DNA from: Oligoflexales bacterium
GTDB lineage: Bacteria > Bdellovibrionota_B > Oligoflexia > Oligoflexales > Bog-1112
NCBI GenBank assembly: GCA_045105515.1
Contig: JBGCDR010000284.1
Span: forward strand, 1-11,558
Direction: 5' to 3'
Length of the DNA: 11,558 nt
In this document: positions 1 to 8,494 of the stretch, piece by piece
Numbering within the stretch: the first letter of the stretch is position 1
Layout: each line of letters begins with the position of its first letter
The notes under the pieces: generated by a model
Told to the model about the DNA's origin: nothing
The model's database searches: none
The model's input: only the letters and a program-made list of their open reading frames with translations
Position numbers and translations under genes: made by a program

Positions 1-142
1 GAAGATATTTAATTGCCGAAAATATGGTATTTTTCACTTATCACTGGAAAATAAGAAGATTTTTTAAAATTAATTTCAACCGCGATAAAAAAAACTGAGT
101 TGCAAAGGCAAGAATTTAGTTTCCGACCAGACACTATTTAGG

Positions 143-3100
143 CTAAGGATCAATCACACCGGGTGCTAGATACGCATCCAATTTCTGCGCGGAAATGGTG
201 TATTCATTGCCAATAACATATATGGAATCAAAGTGCTCCTTAAATACATCTTTTAAAATGAGTTCTTGGTCTTCAGTGTAAGTAGTAAAGCTATTATACA
301 TTTCATCCAGGAAACTATAAGCAGCTCCCTTTTTTGAATTAAGGCTTGGTATCTTTGCTTCAAGAGCCTGATTCTCGTATCCCTCTAGCTTCAAGTCCTG
401 AAATAGTGATTCTATTTTTTCTTTTGGAGTTCGAGTTTCCCTTGGGCCCTGGCCAGCGTTTCCAGAAAAGATATGCTTACCCCATTCTTTAAAATGCTGC
501 ATTCCATCTTTTCTCGTTCCCAGTCCCCATGGCTCCTCTTTGAAATAGGTAATGGTTTGGCCTCCTTCCGTAAACTGAAATAACCCCACATGTACATGCC
601 TATCACCTGCTGGCAATACAGGAAGAGCTTTTTGATTGTTTGTAAATCTCATGTCGATTCCAATTAAAAACACATCATTTAGATTTTTCTGCTTTAGATG
701 TGATGATAAAGGTAAAATTCCCCAAGCCGAACCAGTTCGATTATATACAAATGGATTCCAAGACCTTCCAAAGACCTGATCAAGACTTTTTATATCCACA
801 ACTAACTCGTTAAGATTTTTACTGAAATCTAAGTTGACTTGATTCTCAAAAGCAAAATAATGCACATAAAGTTTTCCAAGATGCTCTTCTCCATAAAGAG
901 TTCCAGGGCCTCTTATATATTCCTGATTTACAAAGGGATTTTTATCTAATCTTAGATCGGCTAAAGACCATTGCACAGCAGAAATAACAGAAATATATTT
1001 CAATCTCGTAGCTTCATGGCTTTCACTATCAGGCAAAATCACATCAGAGTTTGAGTTTTTTGCGAAGAGAGTATTTATAATATCGCCGCCTTCACTATTG
1101 GCATGCTCCAATAAAGAATCAATATATCCCTTGGGATTTTGAATTACCGAGACTTCCGGGTTATCTTTTAAATATTTGAGAATAGATTTTCCATACTCAA
1201 TCATAGTTTGTTCCCATGTGAGCACCGTACATGCCAAGCCAAAACCATTTGATAGGCAAGCACCTTTATTTTCTTCAGCTTTTAGGAAATCCTTTTCCTG
1301 CTCAAAGTATTCTGTTTCATTTTCTAAAAACCCATTCTTAAATAAGCCATAGTAATCCACTAATTTTCCAACAGCATTCTTAGAAAAAGGTATTGCTACA
1401 AATGCAGCATCGATCCAAATCTCATTCTTTTCTAAATAACAATTACTTTTTCCATCTTTTTTACAATTTTGAAGTCTACTAAAATCTTTCGCGAGCTGGC
1501 CCACAAAAGATACTCCCATGAGAGCGCCAACATACTTCATCGCATAACTTACAAAAAAAGGTAATTCTAACTCTGGCAAGAGGGCTACGGCTTCGAAGGC
1601 TAAAATAGTCTCAGCAGCATGAACCCATGCTGCTAATGATTCTTTCTTTTGTTCATTTTGATCAATCACTCGATGAAAATTAGAGATATATCGAATATAA
1701 GAGTCATTGTAGTTGCAAGCAATCCTTCTAAATATTTCATTGTTCCTTTTTCTCTCATTTAGAGAAGCTCGACTTTCAAAAAATGTATCTAATTCTTTAT
1801 AAAAACTATGATCAACATCATAAAAAGCTCTAAAATATTGCCTTAAGCGATTAGGCTTATAAGCACAGTCATTAAGCAAGAGGAGTCTTTGATTCCCTTG
1901 ACCACTTTTATTCAAAACATCCATAGTAACTTTTGCTATTTTTGTTGAACTAAAACTATTTTCGGGGGCAAAAGTTTTCTCAGTAGTATATCCTATTCCA
2001 GATTCAACATAAATTCTTTCTACTTGCCATTGCTCGATTTGCTCCTGATCTATTTTTACACATTTTTCTATATTATTAGGAAGGGCGCACCATGATACCG
2101 GATTTGGCTTAGATTTTCTTCCAGTATCAGCAAAAAACGAATTCACTTCTTTGAGCCAATCTTGGATAAACTGTTCTTTGACAAGCAGATAACTTTTGGC
2201 AGGAATAATCCCCCGCCTTAATTTTTGGCTTTTATTAGAATTATAATTCTGAAAATCACTAACAGTAAAATTTTCTATGTTCAGCATAAAATAGTTTCCG
2301 GTCAGACTAGCACTGGGAAACGGGGCACTTCGTTTTGATAATATTTTCAACCTTGAGTTCGCAATTTTGTCTGCTTGAGAAGTTTCGATCCTAATATAAT
2401 CCAGATTAAAAAGGTCCTGGTATTCAGAGTAGACAGAGTTATTGATTTCAAACTGATATTTATCTTTATCGAAGAGTGACCCGCTTCTAGGCTTACTTAA
2501 GTTAAGCTTTACCTGTCCATTCTCATTTACAACGCGATGACAGCTACTAGAATGGTTTTGATAGTCACTTGAGTTAATTTCTTGGTAAGCAGACCAAATA
2601 TCTTGATCAGAATTAAGCACACATCGATAATCAAATTTATCCTTAGGAGCGGCAAAGGGATTTAGAATTTCTGAAATTCCAGTATTAGGGTGATTTTTTA
2701 AGCTAGAAAAATCATACAGCTGCATAAGCCGAAGTCCTTGCGGACAATTATCATCATCTTGACAGACCTTTTGATAAAATTGCTCAATACGATCTTCTAT
2801 CAGCTTAATATTGACAAGTCCTGAAGGTAAATCATCACTAGCCCTTGATGCTTCAATTGGAGCAACCCTGCACATTTCTGCTCCAGACCCACCAATTGTT
2901 TGCTGTATACCACCTGTATTTATAGAAACATCAGAACCATCTCCCACCACAAAATTCCAATTATTATGGATCAGCAGATATTTTGGAGAGTCAGAATCGT
3001 TTGGAAAAGTAAACAACTTGCATCCATCAGGGTTTCCAAGCTTAGATCCATAACTTCTAGCAGGCAGCCTAGCAACGGAAATTAAGTCTGAACACTCGCC

Positions 3101-3853
3101 GGTTGAAGAGCAAATTTCAATCATTTGATCTCCTGATTTAAAAACGTAATCTTTGTAACCAGCCCTTAACTCTTCCAAAGAAGAGTATCTTTTTTCACTA
3201 GAATTTTCACTTTTCGACCACAAATAATTGATAGCAGCATGACTAATCACCTCATTATCACAGATATTATCGCCTGAAGTTCCCAAAGGTAGCACTTGGC
3301 AATCAGTTGCTCCAGAGTATCCACTAATAGACTCTCTTATGCCTTGCCTGTTCGAATTATGTGAACCATATCCTATTTGAGGAAAACCGGTTCCCCTATC
3401 TATCAAGAATTTTTTACTTATATGATTGTCCTGGTAGGCAGACAAATCACATTCTTTCACTTTCTTAGGATGATAGGCTACGATCTCGTCGGAATCTACT
3501 GAAACCGAAATTAAATCTGAGCACTCTTTATCATCTAATGAACAGATCTCTATTTTATTCTCACCAGGTTTAAATTTAAAATTTTGATAATAAGCGGATA
3601 AATCGGCTAAGGAAGCGAATTTTTGGCTACTTAAACCTTTATAGTTCCACCAAAGATAATTAATTGAGGCCTGGTTTATAGCTTCTTGATCACAGACATT
3701 ACCTCCCGCCAAGTCAAAAAAATCTACTTGCTCTCGATTAACTCTTTTGATATCTTTATTGACTGCTTTTTTCTTACAAGAGTAAAATGACATACAGAAG
3801 ATAAGAATATTTAGGAAAGTATATTTTAGAAAGATGGAAATCTTGATACTCAT
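143..3853 (-). CDS. Large (1236 aa) predicted lipoprotein with two N-terminal Cys-containing repeats, a central hydrophobic segment and a C-terminal putative catalytic domain; function unknown, toxin/effector-like layout
   Basis: Uninterrupted 3.7-kb ORF with purine-rich AAAGGAATGGAAAAAAG before the ATG. Basic N-terminus, hydrophobic stretch and FYS-C26 lipobox-like motif followed by KKK. Internal repeats at aa 50-190 and 194-333; hydrophobic segments at aa 740-787 and 812-823. Confidence 0.9.
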   Translation of the reverse strand: MSIKISIFLKYTFLNILIFCMSFYSCKKKAVNKDIKRVNREQVDFFDLAGGNVCDQEAINQASINYLWWNYKGLSSQKFASLADLSAYYQNFKFKPGENKIEICSLDDKECSDLISVSVDSDEIVAYHPKKVKECDLSAYQDNHISKKFLIDRGTGFPQIGYGSHNSNRQGIRESISGYSGATDCQVLPLGTSGDNICDNEVISHAAINYLWSKSENSSEKRYSSLEELRAGYKDYVFKSGDQMIEICSSTGECSDLISVARLPARSYGSKLGNPDGCKLFTFPNDSDSPKYLLIHNNWNFVVGDGSDVSINTGGIQQTIGGSGAEMCRVAPIEASRASDDLPSGLVNIKLIEDRIEQFYQKVCQDDDNCPQGLRLMQLYDFSSLKNHPNTGISEILNPFAAPKDKFDYRCVLNSDQDIWSAYQEINSSDYQNHSSSCHRVVNENGQVKLNLSKPRSGSLFDKDKYQFEINNSVYSEYQDLFNLDYIRIETSQADKIANSRLKILSKRSAPFPSASLTGNYFMLNIENFTVSDFQNYNSNKSQKLRRGIIPAKSYLLVKEQFIQDWLKEVNSFFADTGRKSKPNPVSWCALPNNIEKCVKIDQEQIEQWQVERIYVESGIGYTTEKTFAPENSFSSTKIAKVTMDVLNKSGQGNQRLLLLNDCAYKPNRLRQYFRAFYDVDHSFYKELDTFFESRASLNERKRNNEIFRRIACNYNDSYIRYISNFHRVIDQNEQKKESLAAWVHAAETILAFEAVALLPELELPFFVSYAMKYVGALMGVSFVGQLAKDFSRLQNCKKDGKSNCYLEKNEIWIDAAFVAIPFSKNAVGKLVDYYGLFKNGFLENETEYFEQEKDFLKAEENKGACLSNGFGLACTVLTWEQTMIEYGKSILKYLKDNPEVSVIQNPKGYIDSLLEHANSEGGDIINTLFAKNSNSDVILPDSESHEATRLKYISVISAVQWSLADLRLDKNPFVNQEYIRGPGTLYGEEHLGKLYVHYFAFENQVNLDFSKNLNELVVDIKSLDQVFGRSWNPFVYNRTGSAWGILPLSSHLKQKNLNDVFLIGIDMRFTNNQKALPVLPAGDRHVHVGLFQFTEGGQTITYFKEEPWGLGTRKDGMQHFKEWGKHIFSGNAGQGPRETRTPKEKIESLFQDLKLEGYENQALEAKIPSLNSKKGAAYSFLDEMYNSFTTYTEDQELILKDVFKEHFDSIYVIGNEYTISAQKLDAYLAPGVIDP
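2855..3706 (-). repeat. Two tandem ~143-aa protein repeats within the 1236-aa ORF
   Basis: Aligned by eye: NVCDQEAINQASINYLW / NICDNEVISHAAINYLW; FKPGENKIEICS / FKSGDQMIEICS; ECSDLISV in both; SGATDCQVLPL / SGAEMCRVAPI. Cys 54/104/111/135/185 match Cys 198/248/254/278/328. Confidence 0.9.
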
Positions 3854-4279
3854 CTTTTTTCCATTCCTTTAAATATCAAGATATTCAGTTTTATTATTTC
3901 CACTAATCTTCCCACATAAACAAATTTAAATAAATGTATCCTACTCTCGAATCAGCCTAAGCATAATCTCGAAGAATTCACCGAAATATTGAGAAGCTAT
4001 TTTTATAATACTGTTTTGTTTGCTAGTTTTGATATATACAAAAAAGATTTGTAATTGTCTCAATTCCTAAGGGAGTATGTTATTTCGTAAAAAACAAGCT
4101 ATAATCCATAATATATAAGAATCTTATAGTTTCTAAACACCGGAATATTTGACTTCTTCTTATCCTGTCAAAATTAAGTGGTATGGTAGCGCTTAAATTA
4201 ATTTCATCGTTAAATAGCTTATATTATGCCTTTTATGAAGAAGGTGTTGCAAAAACATCCGAGTATTCTGTATGTTTTA

Positions 4280-4303
4280 GGGGTTTCCAACATAGAAAAC
4301 CCC
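4280..4303. terminator. Stem-loop downstream of the 4340-5053 gene, possible terminator
   Basis: GGGGTTT-N10-AAACCCC about 36 nt past the stop codon. There is no U-tract after it on the minus strand, so it is not a canonical intrinsic terminator. Confidence 0.3.
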
Positions 4304-4339
4304 CATAGAATGAAAGTCTTTAGCAAGAGTTAAAGAGAT

Positions 4340-5053
4340 TTAGTAGATACGTACATCTCGATTTTTGAGGCTGATATATTCCCAATCATTAAGCATCTCT
4401 CCGTAAATAGAGATATTATCGCGCTTTTGATACTCTGAAAATTTAATTTGGTAGGTCCATTTAAAGGAGCTTTTTTTAGTGGGACTCCCTGCTGAATTCG
4501 TCTGAGAGATTACATCATACAACGCTAGGGTTATGTTATCTCCATCTCTTATTTTTTCTAACTCTGGACCATGAAGGTCGATTGATTTTTCTTCTCCAGG
4601 CAAGATGATGGCTTTTTTGAATGCAGAGAATTTTTCAGAATCTGTTGCAATGGCAGAATGATCAGACCGAAAAGCCACTACTGCGCCATCTAAGCGCAAA
4701 ATATGGGGCATCTGATTGGTTATTTTTAGTCTAAACCCTAAAGTATCAGGCTTAGGAGTATATGCAGGTGTGGCAATGACCTTATATTCTTTCTTACCAC
4801 TTGTCAGCATATTAAGACCATACTTTGCGTAGTCATTTTCCTGATACGATTTCTTAATATAACGTTTAGGCTCGTAGCTCAGAGGTTCCACATGAATTCT
4901 GATATCATTAGCTTTAACAAAATCATCTCCGCTGGAAACCATTTTTAACACTGGAAGCTTATAACTGACAGTGATTGGTTCGTCTTTAGTAGTCACACAA
5001 GATGAAAGTACAGTAACAAATGGGAAGACTAATAGTAAGTATTTATAATCCAT
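4340..5053 (-). CDS. Hypothetical lipoprotein (237 aa; start revised from 5089 to the ATG at 5053)
   Basis: AAAGGAG Shine-Dalgarno 8 nt before ATG 5053. MDYKYLLLVFPFVTVLSS-C forms a signal peptide with an LSSC lipobox; the mature part looks beta-rich. Confidence 0.85.
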   Translation of the reverse strand: MDYKYLLLVFPFVTVLSSCVTTKDEPITVSYKLPVLKMVSSGDDFVKANDIRIHVEPLSYEPKRYIKKSYQENDYAKYGLNMLTSGKKEYKVIATPAYTPKPDTLGFRLKITNQMPHILRLDGAVVAFRSDHSAIATDSEKFSAFKKAIILPGEEKSIDLHGPELEKIRDGDNITLALYDVISQTNSAGSPTKKSSFKWTYQIKFSEYQKRDNISIYGEMLNDWEYISLKNRDVRIY

Positions 5054-5247
5054 AACTTTGACTCCTTTATTGTAAAAAATGAAGATCATAAAAAATCAAA
5101 TGATCTGGAGCAAGTACTTATTAGAGTTCTTGAAACAATACAATTTCCACCTTCTCTAGATTGTAAAAAACCGATTCAAGTTTACCAATTCAATGATGCA
5201 TAATTAATAAACTGATTTTTTTTTACACATTTAAAAAATACTTATAA

Positions 5248-5588
5248 ACTGATGATCCTCTCGTGGCAGATAACAAAAATCCACAAATGGTTCGGGTCGA
5301 AAGCAATGGCGAATTTTCTTGACAGACCTGGAAGTAGGTATACGCAAATAATGAAGTAGACAAGATATCTAAATTTAGAAATATAGACAGCTCTTTCGTC
5401 AGCTCAGCTAAAACGAGTAGAAAAGGTCAGTTCCCAAACATTATAGGCAATGGTTCTTACAATTTGATCCAAAATATCTTGATTTACGTTAAGATCTAAA
5501 TCTCATAATAATTGATAGAGAGTCAAAATCTACCTCCAGGAGCCACGAAATCTATTTAATAAATCCTAAAGACCTGAATATTTTATAA
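5248..5588 (+). pseudogene. Possible decayed coding fragment
   Basis: One frame reads TDDPLVADNKNPQMVRVESNGEFS*QTWK*VYANNEVDKISKFRNID...VKI* (stops at 5320, 5335, 5497). A shifted frame continues QFDPKYLDLR*DLNLIIIDRESK...NIL* to 5588. Less AT-rich than its flanks; no recognisable homology. Confidence 0.2.
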
Positions 5589-5763
5589 ATCAGAAAAATA
5601 TAATATAATGTCTTACGAAGGTTATAATTGAGTTAAAAATTTTAGTGATTTCCCTATTATTAACTTCTTGCCAACTATTTTCTAGTTTTAATAGATATTT
5701 TAGCATCAATTTTTTGAGAGGTATTGTTTATCTAACACTACATGATCACCTAAGGAATATTCT

Positions 5764-7080
5764 GTGAATAGTAAGAACGACACTATAACCAAAATAAAAT
5801 TAATTTTATCCTCATTTAAAATTAAATCCTCTTCCTCTTTTGGGATGATTTTATTAATTGCATTTATATTTTTTGGCTTGCTTCAAAATTGCAACAACTT
5901 GCCTTTTTATGACCAAGAAGAAAAGGAAAAATCCGCAGAAGCAGAAGAGAAAAAAATGGATCTCTCCGCAGAACCACCAATTCATGAATATTTTGACAGA
6001 TTTCAAATGCCTATCGAACGTAATGGATGCACCACCCTGCATCGTCCTCATAGCCAAAGAAATTGGAGTGTTTTCTACACTGGGCGATGTGCCGGCTGCG
6101 GAATTCCTTCTCGAATAAATTCTGCTGCCTTTGGAGATACATTAGTTATAAGTTGGGTTGGATCAGCCACTTATGAAAATATCGAAAATTCGAATACTAA
6201 AAGGTTTGGACATATTTCCACTTTTAAATTTACTGAGAAAGAAGGTTTTTCTAAAGTAAATGATTTCGTGTTTGAAGAATGCGACTATGACATGGGTTCT
6301 GTGGCAGTTTCTCCAGATGGTGGAGTCATAGGCGCTCTGTGCATCTCTGATAGAGCAGATCATCAGCACCAAAACAATGTAATTTTATATGAGTGGACTA
6401 ATCGTGAAATAAAACAAACTCCAGACCGAAAGAAAATTGTTTCATCTTCCGCTGGAGGTTGGAACTACGGCCACTGGGACTTATCTCTAAACAAGTCCTT
6501 AAGTCACTATTATATCGCTGTAAAAACAGTCACAGATGACGGTGGCCACCAGGGGATGTCCAGATTTTCCTTAGATCGTCAAAGCCTAGAAAAAGCTGGC
6601 GCAACAGGCTGCGGTTCACATGTTAGCTCCAATCGCATTGTTCACAACAATCATGATGATAATTGGGCACTCTTTTGTCGCTCAGGTACCAATACGCTTA
6701 ACTGGGTAATAGTAGATAACCCACAAACTAAAAATAAGATTAGAAAACTCGGAGACTATGTTAACTCTAGCCTTCCCGATACTCCTGGTGGTCTTCATAA
6801 TGGAATAAGCCTAGGAGAAGACGGTTGGTTGGTAGCCGCCACTGGGCCCTTTAATCTTTGGGAAGGGGTGATTGCTGAAGAACGAAAATCCAAATTAGAA
6901 AATCAGCAGATTGGACTTCGCAAACTACCTCGGACCATGACTGAGTTTGATGAGAATGAGAGTAACTATCCATGGAAATGGGTACCAATCGAAAACATTT
7001 GCGCTCCTTCAAATCCTGATAAACAGCGCTTGGCTGGTATAGTCCAACTCCATAACTGGGGGGTGGGGGGTGGGGGGTGA
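5764..7080 (+). CDS. N-terminal part of a frameshifted exported/lipoprotein-like protein, possibly a beta-propeller
   Basis: 438-aa ORF from a GTG with AAGGAA upstream; an alternative in-frame ATG lies at 5845. Hydrophobic MILLIAFIFFGLL is followed by QN-C (lipobox-like). Blade-like segment MGSVAVSPDGGVIGALC. The ORF stops immediately after the (TGGGGGG)3 repeat. Confidence 0.8.
   Translation: MNSKNDTITKIKLILSSFKIKSSSSFGMILLIAFIFFGLLQNCNNLPFYDQEEKEKSAEAEEKKMDLSAEPPIHEYFDRFQMPIERNGCTTLHRPHSQRNWSVFYTGRCAGCGIPSRINSAAFGDTLVISWVGSATYENIENSNTKRFGHISTFKFTEKEGFSKVNDFVFEECDYDMGSVAVSPDGGVIGALCISDRADHQHQNNVILYEWTNREIKQTPDRKKIVSSSAGGWNYGHWDLSLNKSLSHYYIAVKTVTDDGGHQGMSRFSLDRQSLEKAGATGCGSHVSSNRIVHNNHDDNWALFCRSGTNTLNWVIVDNPQTKNKIRKLGDYVNSSLPDTPGGLHNGISLGEDGWLVAATGPFNLWEGVIAEERKSKLENQQIGLRKLPRTMTEFDENESNYPWKWVPIENICAPSNPDKQRLAGIVQLHNWGVGGGG
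7057..7078 (+). repeat. Simple sequence repeat (TGGGGGG)x3 + T at the frameshift
   Basis: T7057, G6 7058-7063, T7064, G6 7065-7070, T7071, G6 7072-7077, T7078, read directly from the sequence. Confidence 0.95.
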
Positions 7081-7495
7081 AAATAGTGGCCGTATACTAA
7101 TGGCTTATGCACCAACAAGAGGCCATACAAGAGCAAACGAATTCCATGCTGTCGAAATAGACAAAGATGGAAACTTACTCCACGATCCCATTTTACTGCA
7201 AAAAGGTGGATGGGGTATTGACACTCTCGGAACTTACATGCCCGGATCTGGTTGCGTTGTTTACCCATACTCTTGGGTTCCTGATGAACCCGAAGAGGGA
7301 CCAAGGTCAGCCTATCCAAAGTTTAATGGGGGACAAACCAACCAACGCTCAGAATTTATAAAGTTCACAGCATTGTGTCCAAATGAAGGAAACTTAGTTA
7401 AAAGTATTGGGACTTGTACTTTACAACCGTCTCTATATTCCCAATCACCTCAACATTCCCCTGAGATGTATGAAAAAAAATGCCAGAGTTTTTGA
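7070..7495 (+). CDS. C-terminal part of the same frameshifted gene, probably not an independent gene
   Basis: The 141-codon frame has its nominal GTG start inside the G-repeat. Removing one 7-bp unit joins it to the upstream ORF as ...QLHNWGVGGENSGRILMAYAP..., giving 574 aa. Confidence 0.7.
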   Translation: MGGENSGRILMAYAPTRGHTRANEFHAVEIDKDGNLLHDPILLQKGGWGIDTLGTYMPGSGCVVYPYSWVPDEPEEGPRSAYPKFNGGQTNQRSEFIKFTALCPNEGNLVKSIGTCTLQPSLYSQSPQHSPEMYEKKCQSF

Positions 7496-7773
7496 GTATC
7501 ATGAATTGCATTGGGGATAAGATTAACTTCAATTAATATCCAGTCGTCTATCCAATTTCAATTTAAGCTCCTATATATGATTATTTGCAGGCATCGATTT
7601 TTATCTTAAGGGATAAATCTGTGCACATCTAGTTTCCATAGGATGCTTCATTTTGGTCGATTCTAAAACAGGAAAACTTAACAAAAAAATAGCTTATTAC
7701 ACTGGTCAAAATTGCATATAACTCTAGGAAACAAGATTCAATATCTAAAAATTTTCAAGGAACAAGCTAATGC

Positions 7774-7802
7774 TTGACGTTCGTGAAATTTATGGATAGT
7801 TT
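7774..7802 (+). promoter_or_regulatory. Candidate sigma70-type promoter for the 7849-8262 gene
   Basis: TTGACG (7774-7779), 17-nt spacer, TAGTTT (7797-7802), ending 46 nt before the ATG. The AT-rich background makes a chance match possible. Confidence 0.4.
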
Positions 7803-7848
7803 GATTACAAGAAATAACGGAAAATATTGTGTTTTATGAGGTGTTTTT

Positions 7849-8262
7849 ATGAAGGTGCGAATTAATTCTAAGTTTCTTAAATCCGTGATCCCAGTACTCT
7901 CTATTCTATTTGTAATTGATTTGTCCCATGCAAATACTGATACTTTAGATTGTAGTAGAGCTGGCCAATGGTGGCTTTTCAAAAACTTACAAGATACAAA
8001 GGTTTCCTTCGATTGTGGCCGAGTATTCGGCAAGGTAGAATTGCAAGCTAACAAAAGCTTTCTCCGCGATATCTCCAGTGATGGCTGGAATGATGGAATG
8101 GGCTTCCCTCCTGGCACCATTTTTAAATGCCATGTGAAATGGTTGAATACAAATGGGGAGGTTTTAAGGGAGTCGCAAATAAAGCTCCCTGTAAATGATT
8201 GGTATCAAGGAGCCAATGTTCAAATTTTGCCAGACTATAAGATAGAAGTGACCGACTGTTAG
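7849..8262 (+). CDS. Hypothetical secreted protein (137 aa)
   Basis: GAGGTG Shine-Dalgarno upstream. Basic N-region, hydrophobic core and SHA-N signal peptidase I-like site. Four Cys in the mature region, including the terminal residue. Confidence 0.85.
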   Translation: MKVRINSKFLKSVIPVLSILFVIDLSHANTDTLDCSRAGQWWLFKNLQDTKVSFDCGRVFGKVELQANKSFLRDISSDGWNDGMGFPPGTIFKCHVKWLNTNGEVLRESQIKLPVNDWYQGANVQILPDYKIEVTDC

Positions 8263-8449
8263 TGGATGTCTCAGGCATCTAATCTAAAAGGAAAGTTTAA
8301 TGTAAGTGCTTCAAGGATTAGTTTATTGATATAGTTCTCTCCGAATTTGATTGGTTTTTCGAGTTCCAATTCATAAGGCTTGAAAATCATTTATTCTTCT
8401 GGATTAATACCTATTTCATTGAAAAATTTACTTGCCATTGCCTATTATT

Positions 8450-8468
8450 CAGGCTAATTCTTAGCCTG
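8450..8468. promoter_or_regulatory. Perfect 8-3-8 inverted repeat upstream of the 8495 gene (operator or small hairpin)
   Basis: CAGGCTAA-TTC-TTAGCCTG, just downstream of a possible TTGAAA-N18-TATTAT promoter (8419-8448) and upstream of the GAGGA ribosome-binding site. Confidence 0.4.
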
Positions 8469-8494
8469 CTTTATAAACTAAAATCGAGGATAGT

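Noticed and set aside
9..134. About 41-codon GTG-started minus-strand frame just downstream of the large gene, considered as an immunity gene
   Set aside because: Very short, with no RBS and nothing protein-like to support it.
412..606. 64-aa minus-strand ORF
   Set aside because: Nested out of frame in the 1236-aa gene, with no independent support.
2811..3085. Two short plus-strand ORFs (80 aa and 61 aa)
   Set aside because: Antisense shadows of the 1236-aa gene.
4148..4172. TTTGAC-N13-GTCAAA inverted repeat upstream of the large gene
   Set aside because: The arms are only 6 bp in AT-rich DNA and cannot be distinguished from chance.
5054..5089. Upstream ATG (5089) for the 249-aa ORF
   Set aside because: ATG 5053 has a clear AAAGGAG site and gives a normal-length lipoprotein signal peptide.
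5319..5347. Perfect TTGACA at 5319 as a promoter
   Set aside because: No convincing -10 hexamer at 16-18 nt spacing, and it is far from the next start codon.
5605..5640. Weak resemblance to a dif/Xer site
   Set aside because: Too many mismatches to both the XerC and XerD arm consensus.
5854..6372. Short ORFs 5854-6057 (-), 5858-6118 (+) and 6163-6372 (-)
   Set aside because: All lie inside the 5764-7080 gene, either antisense or in another frame.
6966..7361. ORFs 6966-7319 (-) and 7167-7361 (+)
   Set aside because: They overlap the frameshifted gene; the poly-Pro in the first is just the complement of the G-repeat.
7767..8120. 117-aa minus-strand ORF
   Set aside because: Antisense to 7849-8262, which has an RBS, a signal peptide and a candidate promoter.
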